Program-made: the position numbers and the translations under genes
Origin: Prorocentrum cordatum
Taxonomy: Eukaryota
Direction of reading: 5' to 3'
Length of the DNA stretch: 64,000 nucleotides
NCBI GenBank assembly: GCA_963575745.1
Contig: CAUYUJ010000181.1
Coordinates: 186,001 to 250,000 of the forward strand
Shown: one piece after another, positions 29,831 to 42,188 of the stretch
Position numbering within the stretch: position 1 is the first letter of the stretch
Layout: every line of letters begins with the position of its first letter
Notes under the pieces: generated by a model
Told to the model about the DNA's origin: nothing
Seen by the model: the letters and a program-made list of their open reading frames with translations, nothing else
The model's database searches: none

Positions 29831-32537
29831 GCGAAACCTCTACGAACGCCTACGAAGCCTCAGGCCCACAAGCCAGACACGGTAACGGGATAAGCCGAAA
29901 ACGTCTTCAATAAGCAAGGTTAATCTCCCCGCGCACGGTACCCATTCAGTTGTTCATCTAAAATATCCCCGCCCGCCAGGGTTCGCACGCTGTCTCTTGC
30001 CCGACAACTTACTCATGGGCGTCAAGGTGCGTTCTTGACCCCTGGATTACAACAATCACTGCTCCAACCCGATACCTCGTACGAATGTGTTACAAACCGT
30101 GTTCTCGCTCGAAACCTTCCTCACAACTTACACCATAATCGCCCTCTCGCCCAGGACCTCCATGCAATCTACCCAGGCGCTGCGCTCTCTCGAGGTGCAG
30201 GAACTGCGCTCTCGCATGAGACCTCGACCTCCTCACAAATTGTTGACGCTTCGCGAATCCCCACCAGCCCATCCTAAAACAGCCGTTCTGTGAATAAGCA
30301 TCGATGATTGGTATTCGTCGGTCACCTTGGGGGGAAGAGGGAGACAGGTGTTCGGGGAGAGTGGTTGAGGCGGACACGATGCACTGTAGAATGGCCTGTA
30401 GGATGGCCTCAGAAGGCGAACTGTTGCGCCGTGGTTTCCTCTCCTCTTCTCCTCCTTCTCCCTTGTCAGCCTGCTCCTCCTCTTTCGACGTTTCGTCACC
30501 ATCCTCCTGATCATCCTCGTTCTTCTTTGGCTCATCCTCCTCTTACTTATTCTCGGCATTTCTCGTTCCTCCTGTTCGTCCTCTTTCTCCTGGCTCTTCT
30601 CCTCGTATTTCTCTTCTCTTCCTCCTTCTTCGTTCCTTGTCGTCGTGTTCACTGATTGTCAGTCTCTTGGTGCGTGAGGAGGATCATCAAGAATACACGG
30701 GGAATGCGTACGCTTGCGAACGTTCGGGGTGCGTGCGTGCCATCTGTGTTGCCTATGATCGTTCGGAAAGCTCTGCTGTGTTACATTATGTTGCGATGCT
30801 TGTTGCAAGCTCTTACGCAACTCTTCCCCTAACGCGAGTTTCCTTGGGTCTCGCCTGTGGCATCCTTGCCAAATCTCGGTGGTCGGGGTCGTGACTTGAA
30901 ATATCCAACTGCGCTGCCGCACATATCCGCCACCGCGCTAGAGGAAGCGGCGAAGTGAGGCAGGTGCGTGGCAGGGCGTAGTGGAACTCTGGGTGGTTAG
31001 TTTGTACGAAATGAAAGCATATCGAACTTGAGGCGAAAAACTAATGGTTGTGGTTTGTTCGGGCCTTCTTGATGCTGTTGGGGGGAGGGTGCTTTGGGGC
31101 CTTCATGGGGCTATCTTGTAACTTTCGGCGTGTCTGGCCAGTTTGGCTGGGCGGTATGTCAGAGGCGTCATGGGTGTTGGTTCGATGCTCGTGGTTGGCC
31201 GCTTTGGGGCCTGAGGGAGGCAGCTTTGATGCCGTGTGACGCCTCTTGGAGGCGGTTGGAATCTCCTTGTGGGCACTTTGAGGCGTCTTGGGGAATTCGT
31301 TGGGGGTCTCTTACGTCTTGACAGCGACAGCTTGGGAAACCGACGAAACCAGAGAAGAGAGATAAGGGGGAGGCGAAAACCAGGATCAGCAAATTGTCAG
31401 GAGGGGGAGGAGGAGGATGTCGGGGAAGAAAAAAGGGGGAACAAACAGAGGATGATGAGGAGGCGGCGGAGAAGTAGGAGGAGGAGGAGGGGGAGGAGGA
31501 GGAGGAGCAGCAGGAGCAGGAGGCTGATAAAGAGGAAAGGGAGGAAGAGTATTATAATATGCGGGCAAGGATGATGATGATGAGAGCCGGAGGGAGGGAG
31601 GAGGCGAATAATAGGATATGCAAATGGGCCAAAGGGGGAGGAGGATGATGTTGGGGGAGGAGAACAGAAACAACAGAGGAGGAGGATGAGGCGGCGGAGG
31701 AAGAGAAAAAAAACAGGAGCAGGAGCAGGAGCAGGTGCAGGAGGCTGATAAGGAGGAGGGGAAGGAAGAGTATTATAGTAGGCGGACAAAGATGATTATG
31801 ATAAGGAGGAGAAGGACAAAAAAGAGGAGGCGGATCAATAAACATGACTAGCATAAGAATATCCCAGGGTGTCTCTTCGGAGTTGTCGTGGGAACTTCTT
31901 AAAACGCCTGGGAGCTTTTTGGGAACCTCAGAGAGACTCTTGAGGCTTCTTGGGGGCCTCTTGGGAAGCTGTTTGGGGCGTTTTGGGCGCCTCTTGGGCC
32001 CGTCTGGGCTCCTTCGGAAGCCTTGTCGGGGCGTTCTTGGAAGCTTTAGGGGGCCCTCCTGGGGCCATCTTCGATGATATCGGTCAACGAAGGGGGGTCC
32101 TTAATTACGCCCCCCCCCTTCATCAGGAGCACCAGCAATCGCCTCCTGGACCCATCTTGGAGCGTTCTTCAAGCGCTCCTGGGGCAGTCTTGGGTCTCGC
32201 TTGGGCCCCTCTTGGGGCCATCATGGGCCATCTTGGAACCATCCTGAAGCCTCGGATGGCCATCGGAAGCGAAAGGGTGAGAAAGCAAAAGACATTGATT
32301 TTCTTAGGTGTTGGGACGCTGTTGGCTAAGTCGAAGCCTCGTTGGGGAGCTCATGTGGCCACTTAGAACCATCTTCGGGCGGCCTTGGAGCGTCTTGGAG
32401 CATCTTGGGAGCTATGTCGAAGCATATTGCGCTATCTTGAGCCATCTTGGAGGCTGTTTTGGGCTCGTTGTGGCCCTCTTGTAGCCAACTTGGGCGAAAA
32501 GGTACGCGCTGACACCTCCCCCCCCGTCCAGGTCCAT

Positions 32538-32697
32538 GGGGAGGGGGTAGGGGGAGGGGTCAAGACCCCCTCCCCGCCCGCAAGCCGTCTCGATCCCTCC
32601 CACCCGCCCTCCCAACACATACGTAGCACCCGAGTCTGGCCCGAGCCTCAGCATATTCAGCAGTCGTCTTTGGATGGGCAGCTACTGGGGGCCAATC

Positions 32698-32745
<48 letters not shown>

Positions 32746-33249
32746 TGCCCGCCGCTGCCCGCCGCCGCTGCGCCGCCGCCCCGCCGCCGCCGCTGCCGCC
32801 GCCCCCCGCTGCCAAACCGCGCTGCCGCCGCGCCGCTGCCGCCACCGCTACCGCCGCCGCCGCCGCCGCCGCGCCGCCCCCGCCGCCGCGCCGCAGCCGC
32901 CGCAGCCGCCACAGCCGCCGCCACCGCCGCCGCAGCCGCCGCAGCCGCCGCCGCCGCGCCAAGTGCACTCTGTATTGTTTTTTGACAAGGATGGTGCGGG
33001 GGGGGGGGGGGCGCATCGGGTTGGCTGCGCATGTTCAGAATTTGGAGGCACAGTGTGGTTTGTATTGTTTTTTTTTACAAGGGATGGTGGGTGGTGTCGT
33101 CATGGTCCCTGGTTGGCCCCCAGTCGCCTGGGGGAGGGGGTGTTTACTAGTAGGGAACAGTCAGTGATAAACCCCTCCCCGAAGGGGAAGAGGAAGGGGT
33201 GGAAGAGGAAACGCCCTAAACCACCGACGCCCAGAGGGCTGGTGGGATT
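32538..33249 (+). mobile_element. Dispersed ~0.65-0.7 kb non-autonomous element with an internal (GCC)n tract; two more copies in tandem at 39239-40565 (-)
   Basis: Shared unique blocks (CACATACGTAGCACCCGAG..GGATGGGCAGCTACTGGGGG; CCAAGTG..GGAGGCACAGTG..TAGGGAACAG) in all three copies. Confidence 0.75.
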
Positions 33250-34711
33250 AATAAGTACTCGCGTTCTCGCCTGAAGCTTCTTCACAAATTATGGGATTCG
33301 CTTCGACGTCCCGTCCGCCCGACCCGCCCTTTGTGGCCCGCCCGCCCGAACCGCTTGTCAGGATCCGCTCGCCCGATCCTCCCGTTAGGGTCCCCCCGTT
33401 TTCCGACTTTGAATCCCGCCCGCCCGCTTCAATGTCCCGCCTGAGCCGCCCATCAGGGTCCGCCCGCCCGACCCGACGCGGCCATTAGGGTCCGCCCCGC
33501 CGGCCCGCCCCTTAGGCTCCGCCTGCCTGTTCCGCCCGTCAGGGTCCGTCAGGGTCTGGCATTCCGCGCGCTTGGAAGCCCGCCCTCCCGCTTGATGCCC
33601 CGCCGGCCCGACACGCTCGATAGGGCCCGCCCACCCGACCCGCCCGTTCGGGCTGGCCCGCCCGTCCGCTTGCCCAAATTATTGCTCCTTCGTCCGTTCA
33701 TTCCTGATCAGTCTTTTTCAACCTCAATAATCATCCCTTCCACTTGCACCCTCCCTTCTCGTTTCCTCCTCGTCCTCCTTCTTTCCTCGCTCTCTCCCTG
33801 TTCCTTGTCCCCCCTCTTCCTCCTCATTATCCTCTTTGAGACCTATAAGGCATATCATAAGGAGTTTGGGGCATGCATGATAAGATAAGGCATATCGGAA
33901 GGAGTTTGGGGCATGCATGATCAACCAAGCAGCAGCATGTACGCATCGACGAAACGCGAGCAGCGAAGAGCAAACCAGATTCGAATGACTGCTGCTGTTG
34001 TCGTCGTCCTCGCCCACCCACCCGCGACCCGCGAGCGACCCACCCAAAACACACCCGCGACCAGCCCGCAACCCACCCGTGACCCCCCCCCTCCTCCTCC
34101 TCCCTCCTCCTCCTCCTCCTCCTCCTCCTCCTCCTCCTCCTCCTCCTCCTCCTCCTCCTCCTCCTCCTCCCCCTCCTCCTCCTGCTCTCTCCTCCTCCTC
34201 CTCCTCCTCGTCCTCCTCCCTCGACCCACCCCCATTGCTATGACGCTAAATCGTGACCTGCGGCGGGCTCGTTGTTTACTCTGTAAAGCATGGGCACCTG
34301 CGTTGGACTTCTGCACGTATGGCCTCTGGTCTCGCAGTCTGCCAGCGCCCAGCCCATCTTCCCTCACCTCCTCCTCCCTGCTCCTTCCACCTCTCCCCTC
34401 CATCTTCTCCTTCCTCCTCTTTTCCTGTTCATCGCCCCTTCTCCTCATCCTCACTCCTCCCCGACCTTCGGTTGCAAAGAGAGCATAAGTCATTGATGAC
34501 CTGCATGAACTGTGTGTGCGTTCGTCCAGTCGCCTCGCTTTGTCTCCAATTGCTCTTCGAAGCAACCACAGATGGCCAGTACGACCCGCGACACCCCCCG
34601 AAGGCCCCAACGAGGGCCCAACATGGACCCCACAAGAGGCATCCAAAAAAGGGAGCCCTCGGCCTTCCCGCTCTCCTCCCGCTCCTCCAAACCCTCGCAA
34701 CCCTCCACCTG

Positions 34712-34935
34712 CAGTGGCAGGCCGTCCCGGCATTCCTATAGTCCTACCACGAAATGTTCTTAGAACCCCAAAAATGTTCTAGGAAACAAAGCGATGTTCT
34801 TAGAACATTAACCCAATGTGTTCAAACAAGACAGTCCCAGCCAGAAATGTTCTAAGAACATCTCGTGCAGACCACAACAGGTTCTTAGAACATTTTCTGG
34901 TAGGCCTATAGGCACGCCGGGACGCTTCGCCACTG
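34712..34935. mobile_element. MITE with ~50-bp imperfect TIRs starting CAGTGGC (hAT-like ends); related copy ~27194-27625
   Basis: CAGTGGCAGGCCGTCCCGGCATTCCTATAG.. vs ..CTATAGGCACGCCGGGACGCTTCGCCACTG; internal TGTTCTTAGAAC repeats. No clean 8-bp TSD. Confidence 0.65.
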
Positions 34936-37900
34936 CTTGATTTTCCTCCCGCCCCGCCTCCTCGATGTCCTCTGGCACCGTGTCGCCCAGCAAGGTCTGG
35001 CTGCTCTCCCCGGCCGCCGTCCCCCCGAGGCCCGCGAGGTGGGGCGTCTGCGGGCCTTGCCGCACGCGTCTACCACGCGGCTTCGGTGCAAGAAATGTCG
35101 TGTCCTTGGCAGGAGAGCCCAGAATCGAATCGACGTCGAATCGGTGATCGAAAGTCATCGAATCGGCAGAAATCGGCGGCCAAGGCGGGAGGAGTCTCGA
35201 ACCGGCCGACACCGGCAGAGCAGTGAGGCCTCGCCGAGGAACCGGAACCCGCGTCGGAGGCTGCAGCCGAAGCGAATCGCAAACGGACTCCAGCGAGGTC
35301 GGACCGCAGGGAAGGGAAGGGGAGGATGACGAGAAGGAGGAGGATGAGGAGGAGGAGGAGGACGAAGAGGAGTAGGAGGAGGACGAGGAGGAGGACGAGG
35401 AGGAGGAGGAGGAGGACGAAGAGGAGGAGTAGGAGGAGGACGAGGAGGAGGACGAGGACGAGGACGAGGACGAGGAGGAGGAGGAGGAGGAACCGAAACG
35501 AGCCCCACCTCGGGGCCGGCGGCCTCCGCTCGGTGGCCGCCTCCGGAAGCTCCGGATCGGGCAATCTTGGCGTCCTCCGCTCGTACTTCCGCCGCCTGCC
35601 GCCGAGCTTCCCCCCGGCGGAGCCGACACGCCGTTGCGGGCGTTGCCAGAGCAAGGTGTCCCCTGGCGCCAGGTGTCCCCAGCAGGACACGGCCCTCGCG
35701 AGGCCCAGGGGGCCCGCCCTCTCCCCATCCTCTCCACTCCTCGCGTCCCTGAGGCCACTGGCGACGACGAGGAGGAAGAGGAAGAGAGGGAGGAGCGGAA
35801 AGGGAATCTGTCCACGTCTCCTGCTCTCCCACAGCAGCCCAGCGATGCGACAGACCTGACGTGTCGGGCACCACCTTCCATTCTCCCCCGCTCGCCCTCC
35901 TCCTCCTCCTCCTCCTCCTCCTCCTCCTCCTCCACATCTTCCTCCTTCGTCGTCTTCCCCCAACCCTGAAGACGAACGTCTGAGGTATCCATGCGTGCAA
36001 GCGTCAGCGTAGCCAGTGGCAGCAAGGACGAGGAAGGACAAATAATAGCAGCAATGGCCAACATCAGCTCTGGCCGTCAGGATCGAGAGGGGCAAAAAGA
36101 TGGGCGACATCGATGTCAGGCCATGCATCTCCAAGAGATATGGAGGCACAGCGTGGAGAGAGGCGTGAGTGGCCATGACTGCAGGCAGGAAGAACAACGC
36201 CTGACAGGAGCCAGGTGGAGCAAGCACCGGTGAGGCGTTCAAGGAAAGGCACTGAGGCTCCACAATTGGCAACACACTCGACGAGAGCGATAGGGGACAC
36301 GGTGGAAAGGGAACGTGCAAATCCGACATCGGGGACTCACCTGATGCAGGGGTGGTCGCCAAGCAAGGCGGAGACCCTTAGAATGACCAAGGTCGACAGT
36401 TCAGACAAAGCACAACCGCACGTCAGAGCCGCACGCAAGGAGGCGTTGTCGCGCTCAAGCTGCCTCCATTCGGATGGTGACCTGGCGTGAATGCCCCAAG
36501 GCACCTTGCCATCCCTCCAGCCCCCTGGTCTTTCTCCTTCTCCTTCTCCTTTTCCTTCTCCTTCTCCTCCTCCTTCTCCTTCTCCTTCTACTTCTCCTCC
36601 TCCTCCTCCTCCTCCTCCTCCTACTCCTCCTCCTCCTCGCCCTGCTCCTCCTCCTCCTCCTCCTCCTCCTCCCCTCCTCCTCCTCCTCCTCCTCCTCCTC
36701 CTCCTCTCGTCCTCGCCCGTCCCCCATCCTCCGCCTCCCCCTCCCTTCCTCCTCCTCCTCCTCCTCCTCCTCCTCCTCTTCTTTCCCCCCTCCTCCTCCT
36801 CCTCCTGCTTCCCCTCGTCCTCCTCCTCCTCCTCCCCGCCCGTCACCCCGCCCCCCTCCTCCTTTCCTCGCCCTCCCCCCCCTCCCTCCGACGGGGCGAC
36901 GGCGGGGCCTTCCGCCTCGTCGCGCTGCAGGTCCTTCCGGTGCAGGACGCAGTAGGCCTCGGGCGGGGCGGCGGCGCGGGGGGGAGGAAGCCGCGCGGAC
37001 TGCGAGAGGCGGGACCGCACCACGGCGGGCCTTCCGCACCCCGAGCGGGAGGGGGGGGAGCAGCTGCGCGGGTCAGTGGGGGAGGTCGAGCTCCTGCTAA
37101 CGAGGGGGGGGGAGGGCGCGGGGAGGGGGGCAGAGAGGCTTACTTTTTGGGGGGTGGGGTGGGTAATTGGATCCTCGTGACAGGCGAGTCCAACGGCCCG
37201 TGGGCTTACCTGTTGAATAGAATCTTCCATCCCAGCATCTATCCGACTGCTGAGAGAATGGGAGAGTGGGGGAGCCAAGCTACGTGCGCAAGCGTCTATT
37301 CTGACATCCTGCCCCTCCCTCCCATCCCTTACCATTGCGTAGGTCGCCTTTCTATTCGCAGTGTCGGATGTCGAACAGGACAATGGTCCCGAAAGAGTGC
37401 GCGAGTCATTGAATATCACGGCATAGTATTGCCTCGCGTCAAGAACGCGACTCATTTCGACAACAAGGTCAGATGGAAACCAGAAATGACATAGGATGGG
37501 ACATGCACATGGACGTTTTGGAAAGCGCGGAACGCAACATGAGATCACCGCTGCAGCGGGAGCATGAATTCGAAGGACCGAAACCGCGACAATGAGACCA
37601 GCGCTGCAGTGGGAGCTCGAGCTGGAACGACTGGAAGAACGGAAACGGAGCCAAAGCTGCAGGAGCACGATTTGGAAGAACCGTAACAATGAAATGAGGT
37701 CAGCGCTACAGCGGGAACATGACTTGGAAGGACGGAGAACGGGAAAATGAGGCCAACAGCAGGGGCGACATTGTGAAAGAACTGGAAACGATCGGATTGG
37801 AAACACACACACACATATTAATTATAGATTCAGCGGCATTCGGTGTAAAATCCATACGCGGAGAAGGTCGAGACACCTCACCAGCGTCTTCGAGGGAGAG

Positions 37901-38046
37901 AGGAGAGTAGTATCCATATTGTGTAATTACTTGGGAAGCATGGGGGTGAGGGAGCAGAGGGGAGAGCGAGGGGAGAGGAGGGATGTGGAGGATCAGGGGG
38001 AGAGAGAAGAAGAGGGCCAGGAGTAATATCGAGAAGACATAGTGGC

Positions 38047-38067
38047 CCGTAGCCACTTTGGCTCAAG
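38047..38067 (+). other. Dinoflagellate spliced-leader relic (20/21 match)
   Basis: CCGTAGCCACTTTGGCTCAAG vs CCGTAGCCATTTTGGCTCAAG. Confidence 0.85.
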
Positions 38068-38779
38068 TGGAAACTCGCCCCCCCCCCAGCCCCCCCACCT
38101 CCACCTGAGCCGAAGTGGTGTCCGTAGTCGTTCGGCTCGGACCTCGGCTTGGGCCCGCTTCTGGCGCCTGCCCCAGGTGGGCGCTGCGATGAGGAGCCGG
38201 CGCCGTCTGGAGCCGCGCTGCCAGCGATGCCGCGGCTGGACTGCAGCTGCCTTGTCGGGCAGTCCTGCTCTGCTGGGAGGGGTGCCCGCCTGTCCCTGGT
38301 CTGATAACCTTGGAGAGGTGCGAGTCTTCCAGTCCCGCTGCCTCTTCAAGGCTACCGACGATGTGCTGGCGTCCTGGGATCGGGCGTCGTGGCCTTTTCA
38401 TGACCATGGGCGGCGTCTCGGACGCCGTTGTCACTGCCTCGTCCTCATTGGCCACCTGGCAGATCGTGCCGTATTTGCGCAGCTTCCCGCAACTTGGGCC
38501 TCCAACCTGGCGGCGGGTGCGACGAGGGCGACCCAGAGGCGGCTGCCACTACCACGTGGCCTGGAGGATCGCGCCGCATCGTCGACGCGGGCGACGCATC
38601 GGCGACGTCGACGTGAAGCAAATCGGGCTCCAAATCGAGCCCCATGGTGGCTGCCTGCACAATATGTTCCTCGACATCTTCCTCCCGGCGCTCCGCGCGC
38701 GCCATGACATTGTCGATGCGCTCCCTGAGAATGGTGCGCGGGGATTCGCCGCGAGCATGGTCCGAGACATCGTAAAAGG

Positions 38780-39230
38780 AGAGCTCGGGCACAATAGTTC
38801 GCCCCCCCGCATCCCCTTCACAGCCTGGGGCGCCATATGCAGTAACACGCACACGTGTAAAGCTCCACGCTAGGGAACTGCAGCTTCAGAGATCTTGTGA
38901 TCAAAAACACAATATCGATATCGTCCTAGAACTTGTCCTGGTCCACGTAGAAGGTCGCGAGCGTCATGCCTGGGATGCGGGCATTCGTTTAGTCCAGAGC
39001 GAGGCTCAAGATAGCGACCTGCAAGGCCGATGATCCACGTATAGCTTCATCCCAAACTCCAGCCCGCTTGTCGCACCACCCCGCCATGGCAACCTTCGCG
39101 CATCTTCCCCCAAACCCGCGCCAGAAGCGGCAGGAGAGCCAGCGGGCGCTCTTCACCAGGCAGTCCTTGGATTTGGGAGCTGGGGCGTGTACCAAAGGTG
39201 GAGAAACTGATGGGGCCACGTGAGCGCATG
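38780..39230 (-). pseudogene. Degraded LINE RT fragment
   Basis: VWDEAIRGSSALQVA ... FYVDQDKF*DDID (stop at 38926-38928) ... LQFP ... LHMAPQAV. Confidence 0.65.
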
Positions 39231-39238
39231 CTCGCACG

Positions 39239-40385
39239 AATCCCACCAGCCCTCTTGGCGCAGGTGGTCGAACGATGTTTTCCTTTCCTCATCCAACAAC
39301 CCTTCTTCCCCTGCTGGGAGGGGTTTCTTACTGTTCCCTATTAATAAACACCCCCTCCTTCAGGCGACTGGTAGCCAACCAGGAACCATGAGGACACCCC
39401 GCAACATCCTTTGGTAAAAAACAAAACAAAACACACTGTGCCTCCACATTCGGAGATTGTGCAGCCAACCCGATGCGGCCTCCCCCCACCATCCCTGCCA
39501 AAAAAACAATACAGAGTACACTTGGCGGCGGCGGCGGCTGCGGCGGCGGCGGCGGCGGCGGTGGCGGCGGCGGGGGCGGCGGCGGCGGCGGTGGCGGCTG
39601 CGGCGACGGCGGCGGCGGCGGCTGTGGCGGCGGCGGCGGCGGCGGCGGCGTGGCGGTAGCGGCAGCGGCTGCGGCGGCAGCGGCTGCGGCGGCGGCGATT
39701 TGGCAGCGGGGGCGGCGGCGGCGGCGGCGGCGACGGCAGGGGCGCGGCGCCAGCAACGGCGACGGCGGCGGCGGCGGCGGCGCGCGCGGCGGCGGGCAGC
39801 GGCGGCGGCGGCGGCGGAGGCGGCGGCGGCGGCGGCGGATTCGCCCCCAGTAGCTGCCCATCCAAAGACGACTGCTGAATATGCTGAAGCTCGGGCCAGA
39901 CTCGGGTGCTACGTATGTGCCGGGGGGGCGGGTGGGAGTGAGCGAGAAGGGTTGCGGGCGGGGAGGGAGTCTTTATCACTGTTCCCTATTAATCTTCACC
40001 CCGTCCCCCAGGCGACTGGGAGCCAACCTGAACCAATGAGGGGCCCCCCCCGCACCATCCCTTGTAGAAAGCACAACAAAACACACTCTGCCTCCAAATT
40101 CGGAACCTGCGCAGCGAACCCGATGTGGCCTCCCTCCTACCATCCCTGTCAAAAAAAACGGCACAAAGTACACTTGGCGGCGGCGGCGGCTGCGGCGGGG
40201 GCACCAGCTGCGGCGGCTGCGGCGGCGGCGGCGGCGGCGGTGGCAGCGGTGGCGGCAGGGGCGGCGGCGCGCGGCGGCTGCGGCGGCGGCGGCGGCGGCG
40301 GCAGCGGTGGCGGCAGTGGTTGCGGCGGCAGGGGCTGCGGCTGCGGCGATTCGGCACCCGGCGGCGGCGGCGGCGGCGGCGGATA

Positions 40386-40419
<34 letters not shown>

Positions 40420-40565
40420 GGCGGCGGCGGCGGCCGGCGGCGGCGGCGGCGACGGCGGCGGATTCGCCCCCAGTAGCTGCCCATCTAAATGCGAGTGTTG
40501 CATATGCTGCGGCTCGGGCCAGGCTCGGGTGCTACGTATGTGTTGGGAGGGCGGGTGGGAGTGAG
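39239..40565 (-). mobile_element. Head-to-tail dimer of the (GCC)n-containing element
   Basis: Two reverse-complement copies of 32538-33249 joined at ~39975. Confidence 0.75.
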
Positions 40566-41139
40566 CGAGGCCGCAAATCGTCGGAACGTCCAAAATCGGC
40601 TCCTGGGAGGGCCAATCTTTGACACCCCTCACGAGGATCGTGGCCCCCGAGGGGGGGGGGCGTCGATCGGGGCCCTCCCTCCTTTGATCGATAGCCTCGA
40701 AAATGGTCCCAAGAGGCGCTCCAGGGCTCCCAAGAGAGCCCCAAGAGAGCCCCAAGATGGCCCCAAGAGGGTCTCAAGAGGGCCCCAAGAGGCCCCCCTG
40801 AGGCCCCCCTGAGGCCCCCGAGCAGCCTCAGAGAGGCCAAGAGGACCTCCAAGATGGCTCAGATAGCCCAGGCTGGCTCAAGATGGCTCCCAAGATGCCC
40901 CTAACGGCCCCAAGACCGCTACAAGAGCGCCCGAGAGCGCTCCAAGAGAGCCCCAAGAAGCGGTTCGCCGGCTCCTGAAGGACCCAGAGATCCGATGTCG
41001 TGATTCGTTCAGTACGGGGTCCCCAGAAGTCTCGACCCATTCCCCAGGACTGGTTTTTCATCCTGAGTCGTTTTTTGATGGTCCCAGAGCCCGGCGAGGG
41101 CCGCTAGAGGCCGAAAGTCCAGAGAAACCTCCGTCTTGA

Positions 41140-42188
41140 TTTGTTCAATACGGTTTTTGGAGGCCTGGGGGGGAGCTGAGTTGGGGATCCCCAGGAGAGG
41201 AGGCAGCCGACGCGTCTGAACAGGTCTGCGGTGCGGCTTCCGCACCAGTTCCGCCGCTGGGCACGCCGCCGCTGGCCTCAGGCATGGGGGCGTCCGCCGC
41301 GCCTGCCCGGCTCGCCCCTGCGGGTGGGGCGGCCTCCTCCTCGCGCTTCCGTTTGATCTTGGCGACGCGCTCCTGAGCAGCCTTCTGCACCTCAATGGCC
41401 GCCAGCAGCTCCGCGTTGAGCTGGTCCAGCACCTTCTCGTGTTCGTCCGCCGCGCGGCCTGCATGCTCTCGCGGTGCCTCCTCTCGTCTTTCCTGTCGGC
41501 ACTGTGCTTCGCCTGCATGCCCGGCGAGAGAAGCTTGAGGTCGTCCTCCGAAATCTCCGCAAGCTTCCGCTCAGCAGCAGGAGGCGGGTCGGGCGCAGAC
41601 GTGCCCAATCGGACTTCCAAACGCCGCATTTCGGTCTTGATGGTGATGATCTCGGCAACGTTGTCCTGAATCTTACTACCCAGGTCCTGTAAGATCTTCT
41701 GGGCCTCCAAATACTGTTTCTTGAGCTTCGCCTGGGCCGCCTGAAAGCCCTGGTACTTCTGGGTGACCTCCACCATTTCAATCCTGGTGCCACCTCTGGT
41801 TTCGAAGACGAAGCAAGGGATGGAAAGCGAGCCTCCAGGAACTCCACGACGGCCTTGTCGCCTGTGGCCTTCGCCATCGGGTAGAACTGCTGCATCTGCA
41901 TGTCCACGCCGGGGTCCTGGGCGCTGGGGGACGCTGGCGCTGGGGCGTCGTCTGGCCCTTCTGCGTTTCCCCGCACACCTGATGAGATAGCCCTGGCGTC
42001 TGGCACCGCGTGCACTTCTCCCACCCTTTCTTCCCCGCCCGTGCTTTCCAAACCCAAGACTGTCTACCCTGGGCCTCACAGATGGCGCAGTGCAGGTACT
42101 CATGGTTCCGCTCACGTTTACTCTCATTGTTTGGCTTCCACGGCTCCCAAGCCCCGGTCCACCGAGAGTTGTTCAGGCCATCGACCAT
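41140..42188 (-). pseudogene. ORF1-like 5' fragment of a second LINE family (CxxC..WVW..CxxC finger plus coiled coil), frameshifted
   Basis: LHCAICEAQGRQSWVWKA..EKCTRC, then a coiled coil (QAKLKKQYLEAQKILQDL..); tandem SL-like relics lie upstream. Confidence 0.5.

Noticed and set aside
29940..30330. Possible further RT remnants here and at ~45400-45880 and ~51200-52030
   Set aside because: Only vague resemblance with many stops; not supportable without a profile search.
33116..33152. Canonical Helitron 3' end (hairpin then CTAG-T)
   Set aside because: The other two copies read ATTAAT at this position and homology continues about 100 bp further.
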